Made by a program: the position numbers and the translations under genes. Below, piece after piece: positions 15,146 to 29,558 of a stretch of 64,000 nucleotides of DNA. Each line of letters starts with the position of its first letter. The stretch's first letter is position 1. The stretch lies in the NCBI GenBank assembly GCA_012295275.1, contig CM022667.1:4898001-4962000 (forward strand), written 5' to 3'. A model generated the notes under the pieces. It worked only from the letters and a program-made list of their open reading frames with translations. It was not told the DNA's origin and did not search any database. Origin of the DNA: Chrysomallon squamiferum. Taxonomy: Eukaryota > Animalia > Mollusca.

Positions 15146-16287
15146 TTGTTTACACTTCCAGGCTGTGAAGTCACTGTTGATAGCTGGAGTTCTGATTGGA
15201 CACCTTTGTTTGTCTGTTTGTTTGTTTGTTTGTTTATTTGTTTATTTATTTACTTGTTTACACTTCCAGGCTGTGAAGCCACTGTTGATGGCTGGAGTTC
15301 TAATTGGACTCATTTGTTTGTTTGTTTGTTTATTTGTTTATTTATTTACTTGTTTACTTCCAGGCTGTGAAGTCACTGTTGATAGCTGGAGTTCTGATTG
15401 GACTTGTTTGTTTGTTTGTTTATTTGTTTATTTATTTGTTTGTTTACATTTCCAGGCTGTGAAGTCACTGTTGATAGCTGGAGTTCTGATTGGACTTGTT
15501 CCTCTGCTGCTTGGTTTACTCTTTGAACTTGTTGTTGTTGCCCCACTCCGAGTTCCTCTCAACCAGTCACCTGTGTTCTTCCCCTGGCAGGTACAGTTCA
15601 CTTACTAACTTACTAACCAGACTAGACTGAGTGTCACAGCTCCTGTTAGTTCAGCAGGCTTCTCCAGTTAACTGTCAGACTGTGTGGTTATTGAAATCCT
15701 GGGAGTCTTCTGAAAAGTGCATATAAAAAACCTCACTAAAAATATATATATATAAATATATTAAATAAAATAGAATAAAAAATAACACTGTTCTTAATTT
15801 GATTAATCAGTAGGACTTTACCTATAGCATCTTCATAAAATATATGTAATATTTAAATAATGTGTTCAGTTTAATGATATTCAAGTATTTATAATATTTT
15901 AAATATTTTCGGTTTAATGATATGTAAGTAAATATAATACTTCACTACAGGTTTTAGCTAATAATGATATGTAAGAATATATAATATTTCACTACAGTTT
16001 TTGTTAATAATGATATGTAAGTATTTGTAATGTGTTCTAGGACTGGGCTCTGGGTGTGCTGCATGCTAAGATAATCTGTGCGGTCACTATGATGGGTCCA
16101 CAGTGGTGGCTCAAGAGGGTCATGGAGCAGGTTTGTTCATAAAAACATTTAAAAATAATAATAAACTCTAAAACTATCCATTACCTGATTTTAAATTTTT
16201 TTTAAATTATTGTTATTTTATTTTCTTGGTTTCATGTTATTACTTCATAGTTTATTTTATTTTATTTTATTTTATTTTATTTTATTT

Positions 16288-16324
<37 letters not shown>

Positions 16325-17612
16325 TTATTTATTTATTTTTTTTTTATCATATTTTTTTTTATTTTATTATAATATATTTTTTTTTAACTGAATTTTGCTA
16401 TCAGTTTCCTCACATTTAACTGTTGATCATGTGAGTGTTTTTGTCGCTGTTTCTCTAGGTGTACAACGATGGTTTAAGGAACATGAATCTGAAGTTTATT
16501 TTGAACGGTCTGTGTTTTCCTGTCTGCGCTGTGCTGGGCATGTCTCTCGCGGTTCCTTATGTCATTGCAAAAACCATCGTGCCAGCATTCGGTAAAAATC
16601 TATTTTAGAAAATACCAGGTTTTAAAATAAATAAATAAATAAATTGTCTGTAAGTTAAGGCTAGATGTTGAATAGATCCACAGAAGTGAGAAATTTCAAA
16701 CTTAAATTAAAAATTAAAAATAATAAAATCATTAATTATTTTTTTATAAAAATATTAAAAATCTGTAAATCCAAAGTGAATCAAGTCTGTCTTTTTTTGC
16801 TCATTATTACAAAAAATGATAAAACTATTGTTTTGTTTGGGGTTTTTTTTGTTGTTTTTTTATGCATTTTCTTATCTTAAACAAATTATTTTGAAAATAT
16901 AATTCAAAATTTACATTATTTAAAAAATATATAAAATTTAAAATTTACCTTATTTTGAAAATATAATTCAAAACTTACATTGTTTTAGAAAATTAAATAA
17001 TTTAAAGTATACATTATTTAAAAAAATAATTTACATTTGCAGCTATCAGACTAAAGTAATTATTTTTTAAATTTTCAGGTGTAGATTTTGAAACGGAGAA
17101 CCAGGTGGCGCGACACATCTACCCATTCCTGCTTGCCGTCATCGGCTTCGTGTCGATGTTCATCTTTCAACTACGTCAGTTCAAACGTCTTTACAACCAC
17201 ATCAAAGACGACAAGTAAGTCAAATAAGAGAACTGGCTTAGTTCAGTGATTAGAGTGTTCTCATATCTCCAAATATCACAGTTTTATTAAAAATTTCAAT
17301 AGCTGACTGTGGAAAATTATTATTATTTTGAAATATCCAGAGAAAAATGTCAATCAGTAATCTTTAACAGAATTATTAGTTAAATGATTGATTCTCAGTA
17401 CTGTATAAGAATGATAATGAGTCAAAGAGAAGAAAGTGGGCAGTTATTGTTATTATTATTATTACTACTATTTTCTTTTTTATGACTATTGTTATTATTT
17501 ATTATTAGTTATTACGATTACAGTTATTAGTATTATGTGTTTTTTTACTTTTTATCATTATTATTAACATTATTATTATTAATTATTATTAATATTATTA
17601 TTATTATTACTA

Positions 17613-17643
<31 letters not shown>

Positions 17644-17721
17644 TATTATTATTATTATTATTATTACTACTATTATTATTACTATTATTATTACTATTAT
17701 TATTATTACTATTATTATTAC

Positions 17722-17763
<42 letters not shown>

Positions 17764-17922
17764 TATTATTACTATTATTATTACTATTACTATTACTACT
17801 ACTACTACTGTTACCTGTGTGTGTGTTTCAGGTACCTGGTAGGACAGAGACTAGTGAACTACGTGTCTAACACTAAGCGCGGCAGATCAGTGAGTTCCAT
17901 GGGGGACACAACAGCAACGTGA
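3369..17922 (+). CDS. MARCHF6: E3 ubiquitin ligase MARCHF6 (Doa10/TEB4 orthologue): RING-CH domain plus multiple TM helices
   Basis: 25 exons: 3369-3393, 5314-5410, 5905-5978, 6421-6564, 6779-6851, 7274-7427, 7684-7855, 8204-8265, 8649-8681, ~8956/9015-9095 (disrupted, see findings), 9497-9555, 10192-10301, 10633-10747, 11053-11256, 11541-11591, 12024-12124, 12306-12489, 12925-13113, 13733-13802, 14497-14678, 15456-15590, 16041-16130, 16459-16591, 17079-17214, 17832-17922. [44 protein letters not shown]...CELCKH; [28 protein letters not shown]; [27 protein letters not shown]; C-terminal [16 protein letters not shown]. Confidence 0.97.
9795..10197 (+). repeat. Intronic tandem repeat (~45-60 bp unit) containing copies of the splice acceptor TTTTAG|GCT
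   Basis: Unit approx gtgaatgttaaaagagaagtgayaggtttgtgtgtgttttaggctgtt; 7 ttttaggct copies, the last being the true acceptor of exon AVASHFEG at 10192. Confidence 0.9.
13305..13720 (+). repeat. Intronic minisatellite, ~28 bp unit (tttaaataactcaaagactatgtttgta)
   Basis: Roughly 13-14 diverged copies ending just before the acceptor at 13732. Confidence 0.85.
15140..15496 (+). repeat. Four tandem copies of splice acceptor plus first ~40 nt of MARCHF6 exon 21
   Basis: ttccag|gctgtgaagtcactgttgatagctggagttctgattggac begins at 15162, 15270, 15364 and 15456; only the last continues into [21 protein letters not shown]. Confidence 0.95.
17575..17810. repeat. (ATT/ACT)n microsatellite, representative of many (AAT)n, (CA)n, (AG)n and poly-A/T tracts in the window
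   Basis: Direct reading; other long tracts at 22815-23190, 23870-23915, 24280-24335, 34495-34570, 52885-53040 and 62060-62160. Confidence 0.95.
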
Positions 17923-20204
17923 TCCAGCGCTAAAAACTCTTTTTATACACTCGGAGCTGTCAATCAACCTCGCTTGGAGACTTTGTTTTCTTTTTAAACA
18001 GTCTTCTTCTTCTTTTTTAATGGAAGAATCCCCAAGATACACAATTTATCAAATGCACCATAACGATATACATTTTTTTTTTTTTTTTTTTTTTTTTAAC
18101 CTATGTGTTGATGTTCTTGGCTTGGTGAAGGATAAAGAAAAAAAAAAAAAAAAAGTTCAAAAAAACAACAGAAAAATGATGAAAAAAAAACAACAACACG
18201 AAACTAATTTGTGCTGAAAAATGTTTTTTTTGCTGGTTTTGTTGGTGATGTGTAGAGAAATGTGTTCTGTGTCTTGTGTTGCATTGTTCAGGTCCCCCTC
18301 ACCTCATTTTTCTTCAACTTTTGTGTTTAATGACTGGAAGTGTGTAATTGGAACAGTTTGATTTTTAAAAAACAAATTAACATGGAAGTCGACGTAAATT
18401 CTAGGAGAGAAATAAAACGTGTGATTTTTTTAAATGTTAATACTCAAATAATCGAATGTAAATTGAAAAACTGAATACAGAGAAATCAAATGCTGGGTTG
18501 AAACAAAGACAAACGACAGAGCTGAATAATTTTAAAACCACCAACACCACATTTAACAGCTGAAAGCTGATTTGTTATATTCAGGATGTCAATGGAAAAA
18601 AAAAGCAACTGGATATTTAAAAACATTTGCTTCTTTAAATTGTTAAAATGAGAAGACATTTGTTAGAAAATGTCACTAAATAATTTTTTTTTTAAAATTT
18701 GAGTATAAGTTATAATAAAGCAGATGATTATAAATTTTATTATTGAAATAAAATGAAAATAGCAGTCATTTTTTTGACTACTTGTAATGGAGAAGCTATT
18801 TTTTTTTGCAGTTAAAAACTGTTTTGAAAATATATGTAAACCAAATAATGTTTTCCTCTGAATGTAGATGCTGGGTTAAGTGGTGAAATTTAGGAACAAA
18901 AATATTACTTAAAGGACTTCACACACACACACATACACACTCCAAAAAAACACAAAATCAACATCAACACACATGCACATACATAATCCATAGCCAAAAC
19001 AACCCCACAAAAACCCACAACCAAAGAAAATCAAATGGCAACTCATATATATCCCATAACAAAAAAAAAAACACACACACACACACACACACACACATGT
19101 CTGCATATACATTTAAAAAAAAAATTTTTTAAAATATTTATCTTTGTTTACTCAGCTTAGCACAAGTTAATTTTATTTTATCTTTTTTTGCTACACATGG
19201 CATGTATTCTTTTATCATTCCACTTAGATGTGTTTGTTACCTGGAAAAATTATTACAGTAAATTAGAGTCACCTAGTACAGTTTTATGTCTTAAATATTC
19301 TGCTTTCTAGACTAAAGAACACTAACTGATGAAACCAAAACTTTTATATTTTAAACGGTTTTTTTTTTTTTTCAGTATAAATTTGCTTTGGACTATTTTT
19401 ACTATAAATAAATAAATAAATAAATAAATAATAGCCATTAATATAAAATATATATATATATATAAAGATAAACAGATTTAAATTATTTTTTTTTTTTTTT
19501 CTGACTACTGTGCAATATATATATATATTAAAAAAATAATAAAAAATTATAATAATATTTTAATTTAAAATCTACCATGATGATTTTACCTCCAGACATT
19601 TCAACTGTTTTATGTGGAAATTGAAATGATTTGGACATTTGTACTAAAACATGTATTTTTTAAATAATTATTCTTGGAAGGTATGTATGTATATATATAT
19701 ATTTTAACAACAGTAATGTTGGTAAATACGCAGAATGAACCATTTTGTAACATATATTTTAAAAACTATAACACTAGTAAGTAAACTAGTCTAATAAAAT
19801 GATATTAGTAAGTAGGACTATCATGTAGAACTGATTTTTATTAGTGGAATGTATATGCTAGATTATTTATTTTAAAGGATCATGTATTTTTTTAATTTTT
19901 AATTTTGGTTAGTAAGCCTTAGTAAAATCTCTATAAGTATCTTTTCTCTGTAGTTGACAGAGTGAATCTAGCCAGTTATGTTTTTAAATAATTCCCTGAT
20001 ATATTTTTCAGTAGCATAAAGTTTTTGTTAATGGCAGTAAATAATAATAAGCACATTCGAAAATGTTCTCATAGGTTTGCTTTATTATATAATAATAAAT
20101 TTCTTTTATTTTATTTTTTTTTTTTTTCTTCCCAGTATCTTTTAATTTAGGAATTATAAACATGGAATATATATTATAAAAAATAATGAAAAAAAAAAAA
20201 AAAA

Positions 20205-20247
<43 letters not shown>

Positions 20248-20667
20248 TAATTTTATAAAATAATAATAATAAATAAATAAATAATACTGTTTCAAATGTG
20301 GATATAATTCATTATTGTTAATACAAAAAAACAAAAAAACAAAAATACATAAAGTAATATAAAATTATTCACATACAATGCACCAGATATCTATTGTTTT
20401 TCATGCTCATTCATTTGTGATGTTATTCATGTCAGATGTTGATGTGTTTTGTGTGTGTCTGGAAAACAAAACATGTTTTAACAACAACCACTAAGTCAGA
20501 ATGGCATTATAATGTTTATTTAGTTTTTATCAAATTTGATTTGAGTATCTTTATGATAAATATAAACTTTGGCATATCTCTTTATTAATATATAAATAAA
20601 TGTAAATAGTTATGTCAGAACATAATTATTGTAACTTAATATTGGAATGCATACCATTGTCATTTTT

Positions 20668-20698
<31 letters not shown>

Positions 20699-21099
20699 TA
20701 ATATAATAAAGTAAAAAAAATATTTTTCTACTTGCATGAAACATTTTGAAAATTAAAAAACTATTTAAAAATTAATTTTTTTTAAAATTAAAAACAAAAC
20801 CAGAAAGAAATTTTGAAGTGTACAAGATTAATAAAGTTTATGACTTTTGTAGATATCCCTATATTTTAAAATGCTGTTACAAGTGACATATTTCAAACCA
20901 CTCATTATCTGACTACACTTCACTGTGTTATTTCTCTTTGAAAATAGTTTAATTACTTTTACCACACTGATGACTTGTTTTTCTATAGAATACTGTTCAT
21001 ATCAGATTTAAAAAAAAGGGCTGTATAAAAAGCTGATATTGGAGATGGAAATAAATATTTATGTACATGTTTGTGTAAATATTAAAATGTATTTTGAAG

Positions 21100-21140
<41 letters not shown>

Positions 21141-22553
21141 CCAGATGTCATTTCCATTTGGTTTGTGGCAGACATTTCTGTAGAAATGAGTTGCTGTCGG
21201 ACATCTTGAAAATAAAGAATGTGATGTAGACATTGAGTTGTGATTTTTTGCAGTTATTTGTGATGAAGATAGATAATCTGTTTAACAGTTTTCTGTGAAG
21301 CTGTGTTTTATTAGATACATTTCTTTTACATGTACTAAGTGTAGATGTTTGATTAGAGTACCTATTTTTATATTTTTTTTTTATAAACTGGAGATGATCT
21401 GGTTTCTGCATATGAAATAGAGAGAGGATAAAATAATGACAAATATTAAATTAATATATATTAAAAATTATAATCAGTAAGTAAACTGCCTTTAACTGCC
21501 AATGAATATGCAAATGTTTAAAGTTCTGTTTAACCATCCATAATACCCTTTTACAGGGAAATACACGATGATGAACTTTTAATCATTGATTAATTATACT
21601 AAAACATATCACCTTTAAGAGATCCCTCCCAATAAAATAAAATAAAATATATATATATATCTTTATGTATATAGATATTATTTTTTTTCCATTCTAATGA
21701 GCACCTCAGTGGGAACTTTATTTTATAACACATCTCAGCTGTGTTCAAACTGTCCCTGAAGAACATGCAGATCTTTTTCCCAATCTAGCCAGTGCTCCAA
21801 GTCTGAAGTATCAACAGTTTACTTGCCCTGGGGCAAGATCAGAGTGAACTCATGTAGACAGTCACTAAATCTAGTTTACATCATCAGGTGTTTGTTTTAT
21901 CTCTCAAATCACCACTGTCACAGCCAGTGATGATGTAATGACGTTTGAAAGATTAAAAAGCAACTGTTAACAGATGACCTGTCTTCACAAACCAAACAGA
22001 AAATATCTCAACCACGACTTGAAGAGAATCAGAGGACAAACACTTGAGATTCATTTCATCTGTGTGAGGCATTCATCGTAGGTACAAGAAAATCAGACGT
22101 CTGCTCTCACAGATGTCGGACATTTTGTTTACAGCAAAAAGACTAAAATGATTAAATTTCGTACAGATTTATTTCTGATTGTTTGAAATATGAAAATACA
22201 AGGAATGTATTACTGTGTTAGTATGATATGAAGAAGATCAATTTGATTGTCATAATGTTATAAAAGTATTTGTACTAAAAAATATATAATGAATATTTCA
22301 TTAAAATCATTAAAATATATTTTTTTTACAAGTATATATATATTTGTAAAAAAAATATACACATATATATGTAATAAAACAGATCAATATGTAGTTAGAA
22401 AATTCTAAAATTGATATAAAATGTTGCACCAATAAATGGGATACATAAAACAGCTGTGAAAAGAAAATGTTCAACACACTGTAGACTTTTACAAGTCATT
22501 CGTAATTAACAGCATTGCTGTGAGTTTCTTTGTAATTAACTTGTCTTTAGAGT

Positions 22554-22815
22554 TTATTTGTAATTAAACTTGATTTTGAGAAGATATCGAGGTTTAATCT
22601 GTGCCACATCATACACGATGTATTCATTGTAGTTCAGCGTTAGTGCATTTTTGTGAGCAGTATTAACTGCCTTGCCAATGGGTACCACAGTTCCATCATC
22701 TCTGCAAGAGAAAAACAAGTTTTAACATATTTGTTTCTATTTATGTCTATTTAGGTTTTATTTATAATAATAAACCAACCCATTAACACACATTATACAT
22801 ATGTAAACGCATGTG

Positions 22816-22871
<56 letters not shown>

Positions 22872-23093
22872 CTTGCATTAGCAAATGAATATAGATGTTT
22901 ATTTAGAAAAAGCCACACACACAGACATAAAAAAACACAAAAATAATAATAAAAATAATAACAACAACAATAATAATAATAGTAATAATAATAATAACAA
23001 CAGTAACAATAATAATAGTAATAATAATAATAATAAAATAATAATAATAATAATAATAATAAAATAATAATAAAATAAAAACAACAATAATAA

Positions 23094-23189
<96 letters not shown>

Positions 23190-23860
23190 TAAGAAGATGA
23201 AGAGACAAGGAAGTGAAGCTTACAGTGTTTTGTGTGATTTCGGATCCGGTGCGACGCGACCCAGTCCCTTCACACTGTGTTTCCCACGAGGCAATGCTGC
23301 GGCATTGTGGTCTGCTGCAGTCAGCTCATTCATGTTGCCTAGCGACACCTGCAGTGGAATTATCTTAGTCTCAGTCCACAGTTTTTAGATTACGTTTTTA
23401 TATTTCAAGTAATATATCAAATATATTAAAAATATATTTCATTTTATTTGAATATCTTTTTTTTTTGAATTTTCATTTATATTTCAAGTAATATATATAT
23501 ATAGTAAAAATAACTTTCATTTTATTTGAATACCTTTTTTTTTTAAATTTTCATTTTGTTCTGAAAGCTAATGATGATGATGATGATAGTAATATAATAG
23601 TAATAATAAAATAATAGTAGTAAAATAATAATTAATAATAATACAAACCTCACAGACTAACAGCAGGCCGATGTTTTTGTGTTTAGTTGTAAAACAGTAA
23701 TTGGCACTTTTACTGGACATGTCCGCAAAATACACACCTTTACCAAACTGAAAAATAAAAATTAAAACTCAACAAACAACAATCTCTACAAAAAAAGGAA
23801 AAATATTCAAAAATGAGAAAGAGACAGAGAGACAGAGATATGGAGAGAGACAGGGAGAGG

Positions 23861-23914
<54 letters not shown>

Positions 23915-24273
23915 ATAAAGTCTTATTGAGCTGTAACTCTGTTTGTAACAACTGTAACAAGTGTTACACACCATGTAACCAGTGACTGGAGCCTCGGGCG
24001 GAGCAATTCTCAGTCCCTGACTCAGAATCCCTACCCAGTTTGTGAGTCGAGATCCATGCCAGAGTAGCATTCTGAAAAATAACAAAATAAATCAGTTTCA
24101 GTAGATCAGTAAAAAACATTTTCATACTTCCCTTTCTTTTCTTCACTCATTCCTTCTTTCTCTCATTTCCTATGTGTGTGTGTGTGTGTGCCTGCCCCAT
24201 TCTGAATGTTTTCTCTAATGGATGTTTAGCATGACACACTAACACACTTGCATGTGCACATACATGCAGACAC

Positions 24274-24343
<70 letters not shown>

Positions 24344-25406
24344 GAAAAGCACATAGTTTCTCTTCATTTTCTGAGATCATTAAAAAAAAAAAAAAAAAAA
24401 AAGAAAAGGAGTTAAATTTTAGTTTGTATTTCTACCTGTTGTAATGTTTACCTGTTGCCATGGTTTTTAAATTTGGGCGGGTCTTTCTGACAGTGGAACA
24501 CGTCAAGCAGTTCCATTCGATACATGTTGTGTGTTGGGGCATGCGTCGTCTGCAGGAACTCATTCATCAGCTGTAAGTAAACAAATAAATAAACAAGTAA
24601 ATAAACAAATAAATAAACAAGTAAATAAATAAATAAATAAACAAGTAAATAAATAAATAAATAAACAAGTAAATAAATAAATAAACAAGTAAACAAATAA
24701 ATAAACAAGTAAATAAATAAATAAGCAAACAAGTCTATAAAAATATAAATAAACAAACAAAGAAAGTCAATAAATAAATAAAAATATACAAATTATAAAT
24801 AAACTAAATTAATGAATTAACACAAAATACATAAATGGATGAACAGACACAGAGACAAGTAAACAACTGCTCACAGTGAACTCGCTGTCTGAGTGGTCAA
24901 GCGGTTCCAGCCTGCACTGCAGCGAGTGGTAGTGACGGTCAACTGGATTCTCTGACCGGTCTCCCGTTTCCAAAACCCTGATAGCGATCTCAATATCTCC
25001 CAGTGCCTGAGAATATATATATAAACAAAAATAAAATATATATCACAAAGAGCACAGAAATTAAAAATAAATATTTCTTACTATGCAGATCACAATATCA
25101 AGCAGAAATTATAATATTACTAAGAATAATTTACACAATTTCTAAATATACATCCAGTCTCACTTATCTTTACTCATTTGTACATGCATCCAAGTAATAA
25201 CACATAAGCACACACAAGTAAAAACACACACACACACAAACTCTCATTCATGTGTGAAGAACTGTCAACCTGCCTCCAGTAACTGAATTTTAGCTTTCAC
25301 CATCTCTTTGTCTTGTATCAGAGGAGGCTGCTTCATCCTGAAAAATCACACAAAAACTTCTTAAAATATTTCCATGTGTGTCTGTGCATGTCTGTGGGTA
25401 TGTACA

Positions 25407-25446
<40 letters not shown>

Positions 25447-26261
25447 TATGCAGATGCTTACTTAAGTATGTGTGTAAGTGCTTGGGTTGTGAGTTTGTGC
25501 ATTTGACTCTGTCTGTCTGTGTGTTTGTATGTGTTGTATATGACATGATATATATATATATATATGTATGTAATGCATGTTTTGATGTTGAAAACTCTCT
25601 TACGTGTCTGTGGGCTCATTATGTACAATGACAAATTTTTATGAATAAACATGTTTTGAGAACCAACTTTTTCTGTTTCTCTTTGTGTCTGCTTGTTTTT
25701 GACTTGTGTGTGTGTGTGTGTGTGCGTGTGCATGTGCGCGTGCATGTGTGTGTGTGAATGTTCATTTTATATTCTGTATTTACTATGAAATGCGACACTG
25801 ACCCGAATTCGTGCGGTATTCGAGTGTAGAAGTCGTTACAGGCGCGAGTCAGCTGTGAACCGAAGTCAGATTTGTTCACGCACGCCTCTATTTTCTTCAG
25901 AGCAGAGTAGCCTGCCTTGATCTGGTCTGTTGTCAGCTTTCCTAACAAAACAATCAATTGAGAGAAACAGAGTCACAACAGTTAAACTTAGCAAAATAAA
26001 AACTGTACTCATATTTGGACTATTGTGTTTAAATTATATTCTACAGTCGTTTATGAGTCAAAAATTTACTGATTTTTTAGTTTAAATCTCTGCAAAGATG
26101 GAGGAAACGGTTTGATGATAAAGATTTCACCTAGAGGCATCTTCTTGGCATCGTATTTCATTTCTTTGACGGCTTCCTCCATTGATTTTACATCACAGAT
26201 CAAAGTAATCAGGTCCTGTAATAGACACAAAGAAATAAAACATAAACAAGTTTAAACAGAA

Positions 26262-26332
<71 letters not shown>

Positions 26333-29300
26333 AATGCAGATTATTTATCAACACAAACACAGTCAAGTTAATTTGTTTTCTATGGCATCCATGTTCAAAA
26401 TAAAATTCATTTCATCAAGTAACTTGATTTACAGTCAACACACAACATTTTCATTGAATCAGAATTTCTTCATATTTTTGCTACAACAGATAAAACCAAT
26501 CACATTTGAGTTTTTGATTTTGAAACGTGTCTATGTTGTTTATTTTAAAGATTATATTGCTACTTACTTGGAGTCGTTTGTCAAGTTTAGATTCCGGTAA
26601 ACTGCTCTTAATACTTGGATCCCTTTTCACAGTTGCATCCACCTCATCTACATCCTGTCAAATCAAAATAAATCAAATCAAATCAAACAACAAAGAATTT
26701 TAAAATCAAACCAAAAAATATCTGTTGTACAGGTAATGGTTTTCAATCTCATTTCAATTTTGAGTTAAAAGTAAGCATTAAATTTCTGGGATTTTTAAAA
26801 AAATGTTGTTGTTTGTATGTGCATGTCTGTGTATGTCTTTGTGCATTTTTCTTTGTGTGTGTGTGTGTGAGTGAATAGGCATCCTTGTGCACATGTCCAT
26901 ATATCTGTATTTTTATATTAATATATTCATATTTCCATGGAACTGCTACTCATGTCATTTTAATTTTCAAAAGTATATTCACATCTTTAAGCTATTTTTA
27001 CTCTATTTTTCTATTTTTATTTTGTCATAACACTTGATATAAAATTATGAAATATTTAAAAATTTATATTTTTACTCTATTTTTCTAATTTTTATTTGGT
27101 CGTAACACTTGATATAAAATTATGAAATATTTAAAAATTTATTTTTTTACTCTATTTTTCTATTTTTCTAATTTTTATATTTGGTCGTAACACTTGATCT
27201 AAAATTATGAGATATTTAAAAATTTATATTTTTACTCTATTTTTCTATTTTTTTGGTCGTAACACTTGATCTAAAATTATGAAATATTTAAAACAATTTA
27301 TTTTTACTCCTTTTCCACCACTGTAATCCATGGCTAGCAGGTCATACTTTCCAGGAACTTTTACAAAGTTCTGTCTGTCAGCCCAGTCATTTTTTGTTTT
27401 GTCAGAAAACCTGAAAACAAGTAATAGTAAAAAATAGCTGTTGTGGTGGAAATAGTCAAAATGGTGGTCATAGAAATAATAGTAACACTAATAGTTGTAG
27501 TAGAAATATGAAAACCTGAAAACAGTAATACTAAACATAATTGTTGTAGTGGAAATAGCAAAAATGATGGTAACAGTAGTAGTAATAGTCGTAGTAGACA
27601 TAATAAGAAAACAGTAAGAGTAAACATAGTTGTTGTAGTGGAAATAGTGAAGATAACCTGTTACAGTAACAGAAGAAAGAGTACTTACTTTTTACAAAAT
27701 ATCTGTTTCGCTTTGTCCAGTTCTCCCCCACATGAAACCAGATTGCTCTGACCGGTGTACCCCACCCTGCCCCACCTCTGCCACACGGAGTAAGAATGTT
27801 TACCATCTTCCTTCAGCAGCTGAATCAAGTAGAACTTGTTGTTATTGTTGCCGACGTCAGTCTGAAATAAAAATGTTAAAATTTTAAATTTATCTAAACC
27901 TTAACAGCCACAGAAGCAATGCAAGCTGGTAAGAATGACCCACACTGTAAAACAGTGAATATCTTTCTAGTTTATTGAAATATTGTCTTAATGCTCACTT
28001 TCTGGTTTCAGCTCTTCTCACCTGATTTAACATGCAGTCCCAAACATCATTTCCTTCATAGAAAACACTGGCTTTTCCAATCATTAAGGTACATTCTGGG
28101 TCAACAGGTGCACGACCTTTCACAATTACAGTCCGAACTAAAAACAGATAAAAAAAAAAAAAACATTCTTATTTAAAACTAATGATTAAAACTGACTATA
28201 AATTTAAACTGTGTCACATTTAAAATTTTCTAAAATCAAGTAAAATGAATTTTTTTTTTTTTTTTTTTTTAATTTCTCTTATTTAAAATTTATGACTAAA
28301 ATCTGTTATGTCCAGAAGTATTTACAAGACCTTTTGTATCATTGTCATCAGCTTTCTGAGATTTTGCAGATTGTGATTTTGCACTCTTTGTTGATTTAGC
28401 AGATGCAGGTTTGGAAACTCGTCTTCCTGACATGACTGAAGCAGCATCACCACCTCCCAATGTGGAACCTACACCATCATCGGCAGCGTCGTTCTCTTGT
28501 TTTACATCAGTCAAAACAGCGTCTACAATCACATGAAAAAAATAAAATAAAATAACCATAAGTACCTACAACTGTAAACATTTTCATTATTGTGTATAGA
28601 TTGTTAGACAAAATAAAAAGAAGAAAAATAACAACTCATAAAATAAATAAAAAAAAAAAAAAAAAAGTAAACAACATTATTGTTTATTTTTATATAAATA
28701 CAGGTACCAAACCATTTATCTGGCTACCAAAAAATCGAAAAAAAAAAAACTATAAAAAAAAACATTATTTTTTTAATTAAATTACTTTTGAATTAGGTTC
28801 TATTTGTTTTGCTTTCTGTGAAGCCAGTTGACATGAGAGTGTTGCTGTTTATGAGTGATCCTCTCCATCAATTATTACTTGTTTTAGTTTAATATTCATT
28901 TATTACCAGGTCTACAATACTAGCACAAACACAACCAGGTAGAGAAAAGCATATTCTGTACAAGTATTTTAAGTATTTTTAGTGAATAAAAACAAAGCAG
29001 ACCCTACTTTAGAACTGTATTATAGTTTCATTATTGAATTTTTCATTGTTTGTTTTATATTTTAAGTAAAGGTGCAGCCTGTATTCAGAAATCTGGTACC
29101 AAACTTGCCAGTTAAACAGTTTGGTGAATGTTTTCTTGTTTCTAAAACAAATGTTGAAAGTGAAAAAAAAAACCTGATTTCTCTCTTGCTATCTCTCTGC
29201 TGAAGTCTGTCTTTGTGTTCACTTGAGTCAGAGCAGCAACGTCAATTTTGTATGTCGTTCGACCAACCTCAACATCAACTACACCTGCTGTTCTTTTGCA

Positions 29301-29525
29301 GTGTTCTGCCTCTAACAGTTGTGATATTTTAGCAGAATATGGCGTCCATTTTCCTGAATCATCTTTCCACTGCCATACATAGAAATCTGTTAATGATTAA
29401 GAAGAAAAATATATATTGGTTTATTTTAATACTGTGGCTGTTATTGCTACTGATACAACCATTTTTGAGACTGCATAGTGAACATTTTATTCATAATTCC
29501 ATATTTTGTTTATTCAATGTGTGTA

Positions 29526-29558
<33 letters not shown>

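Noticed and set aside
17537-17842. Poly-Ile ORF and similar poly-Asn/Tyr/Leu/His-Thr/Val-Cys ORFs (e.g. 14615, 22885-23208, 44883, 46893, 52905, 61894)
   Set aside because: Translations of (ATT)n, (CA)n and (AG)n microsatellites in introns or intergenic DNA.
17923-22553. Hidden gene between MARCHF6 and PARP2 (likewise 53625-58684)
   Set aside because: AT-rich low-complexity sequence consistent with convergent 3'UTRs and intergenic DNA; no exon-like coding segments recognised.
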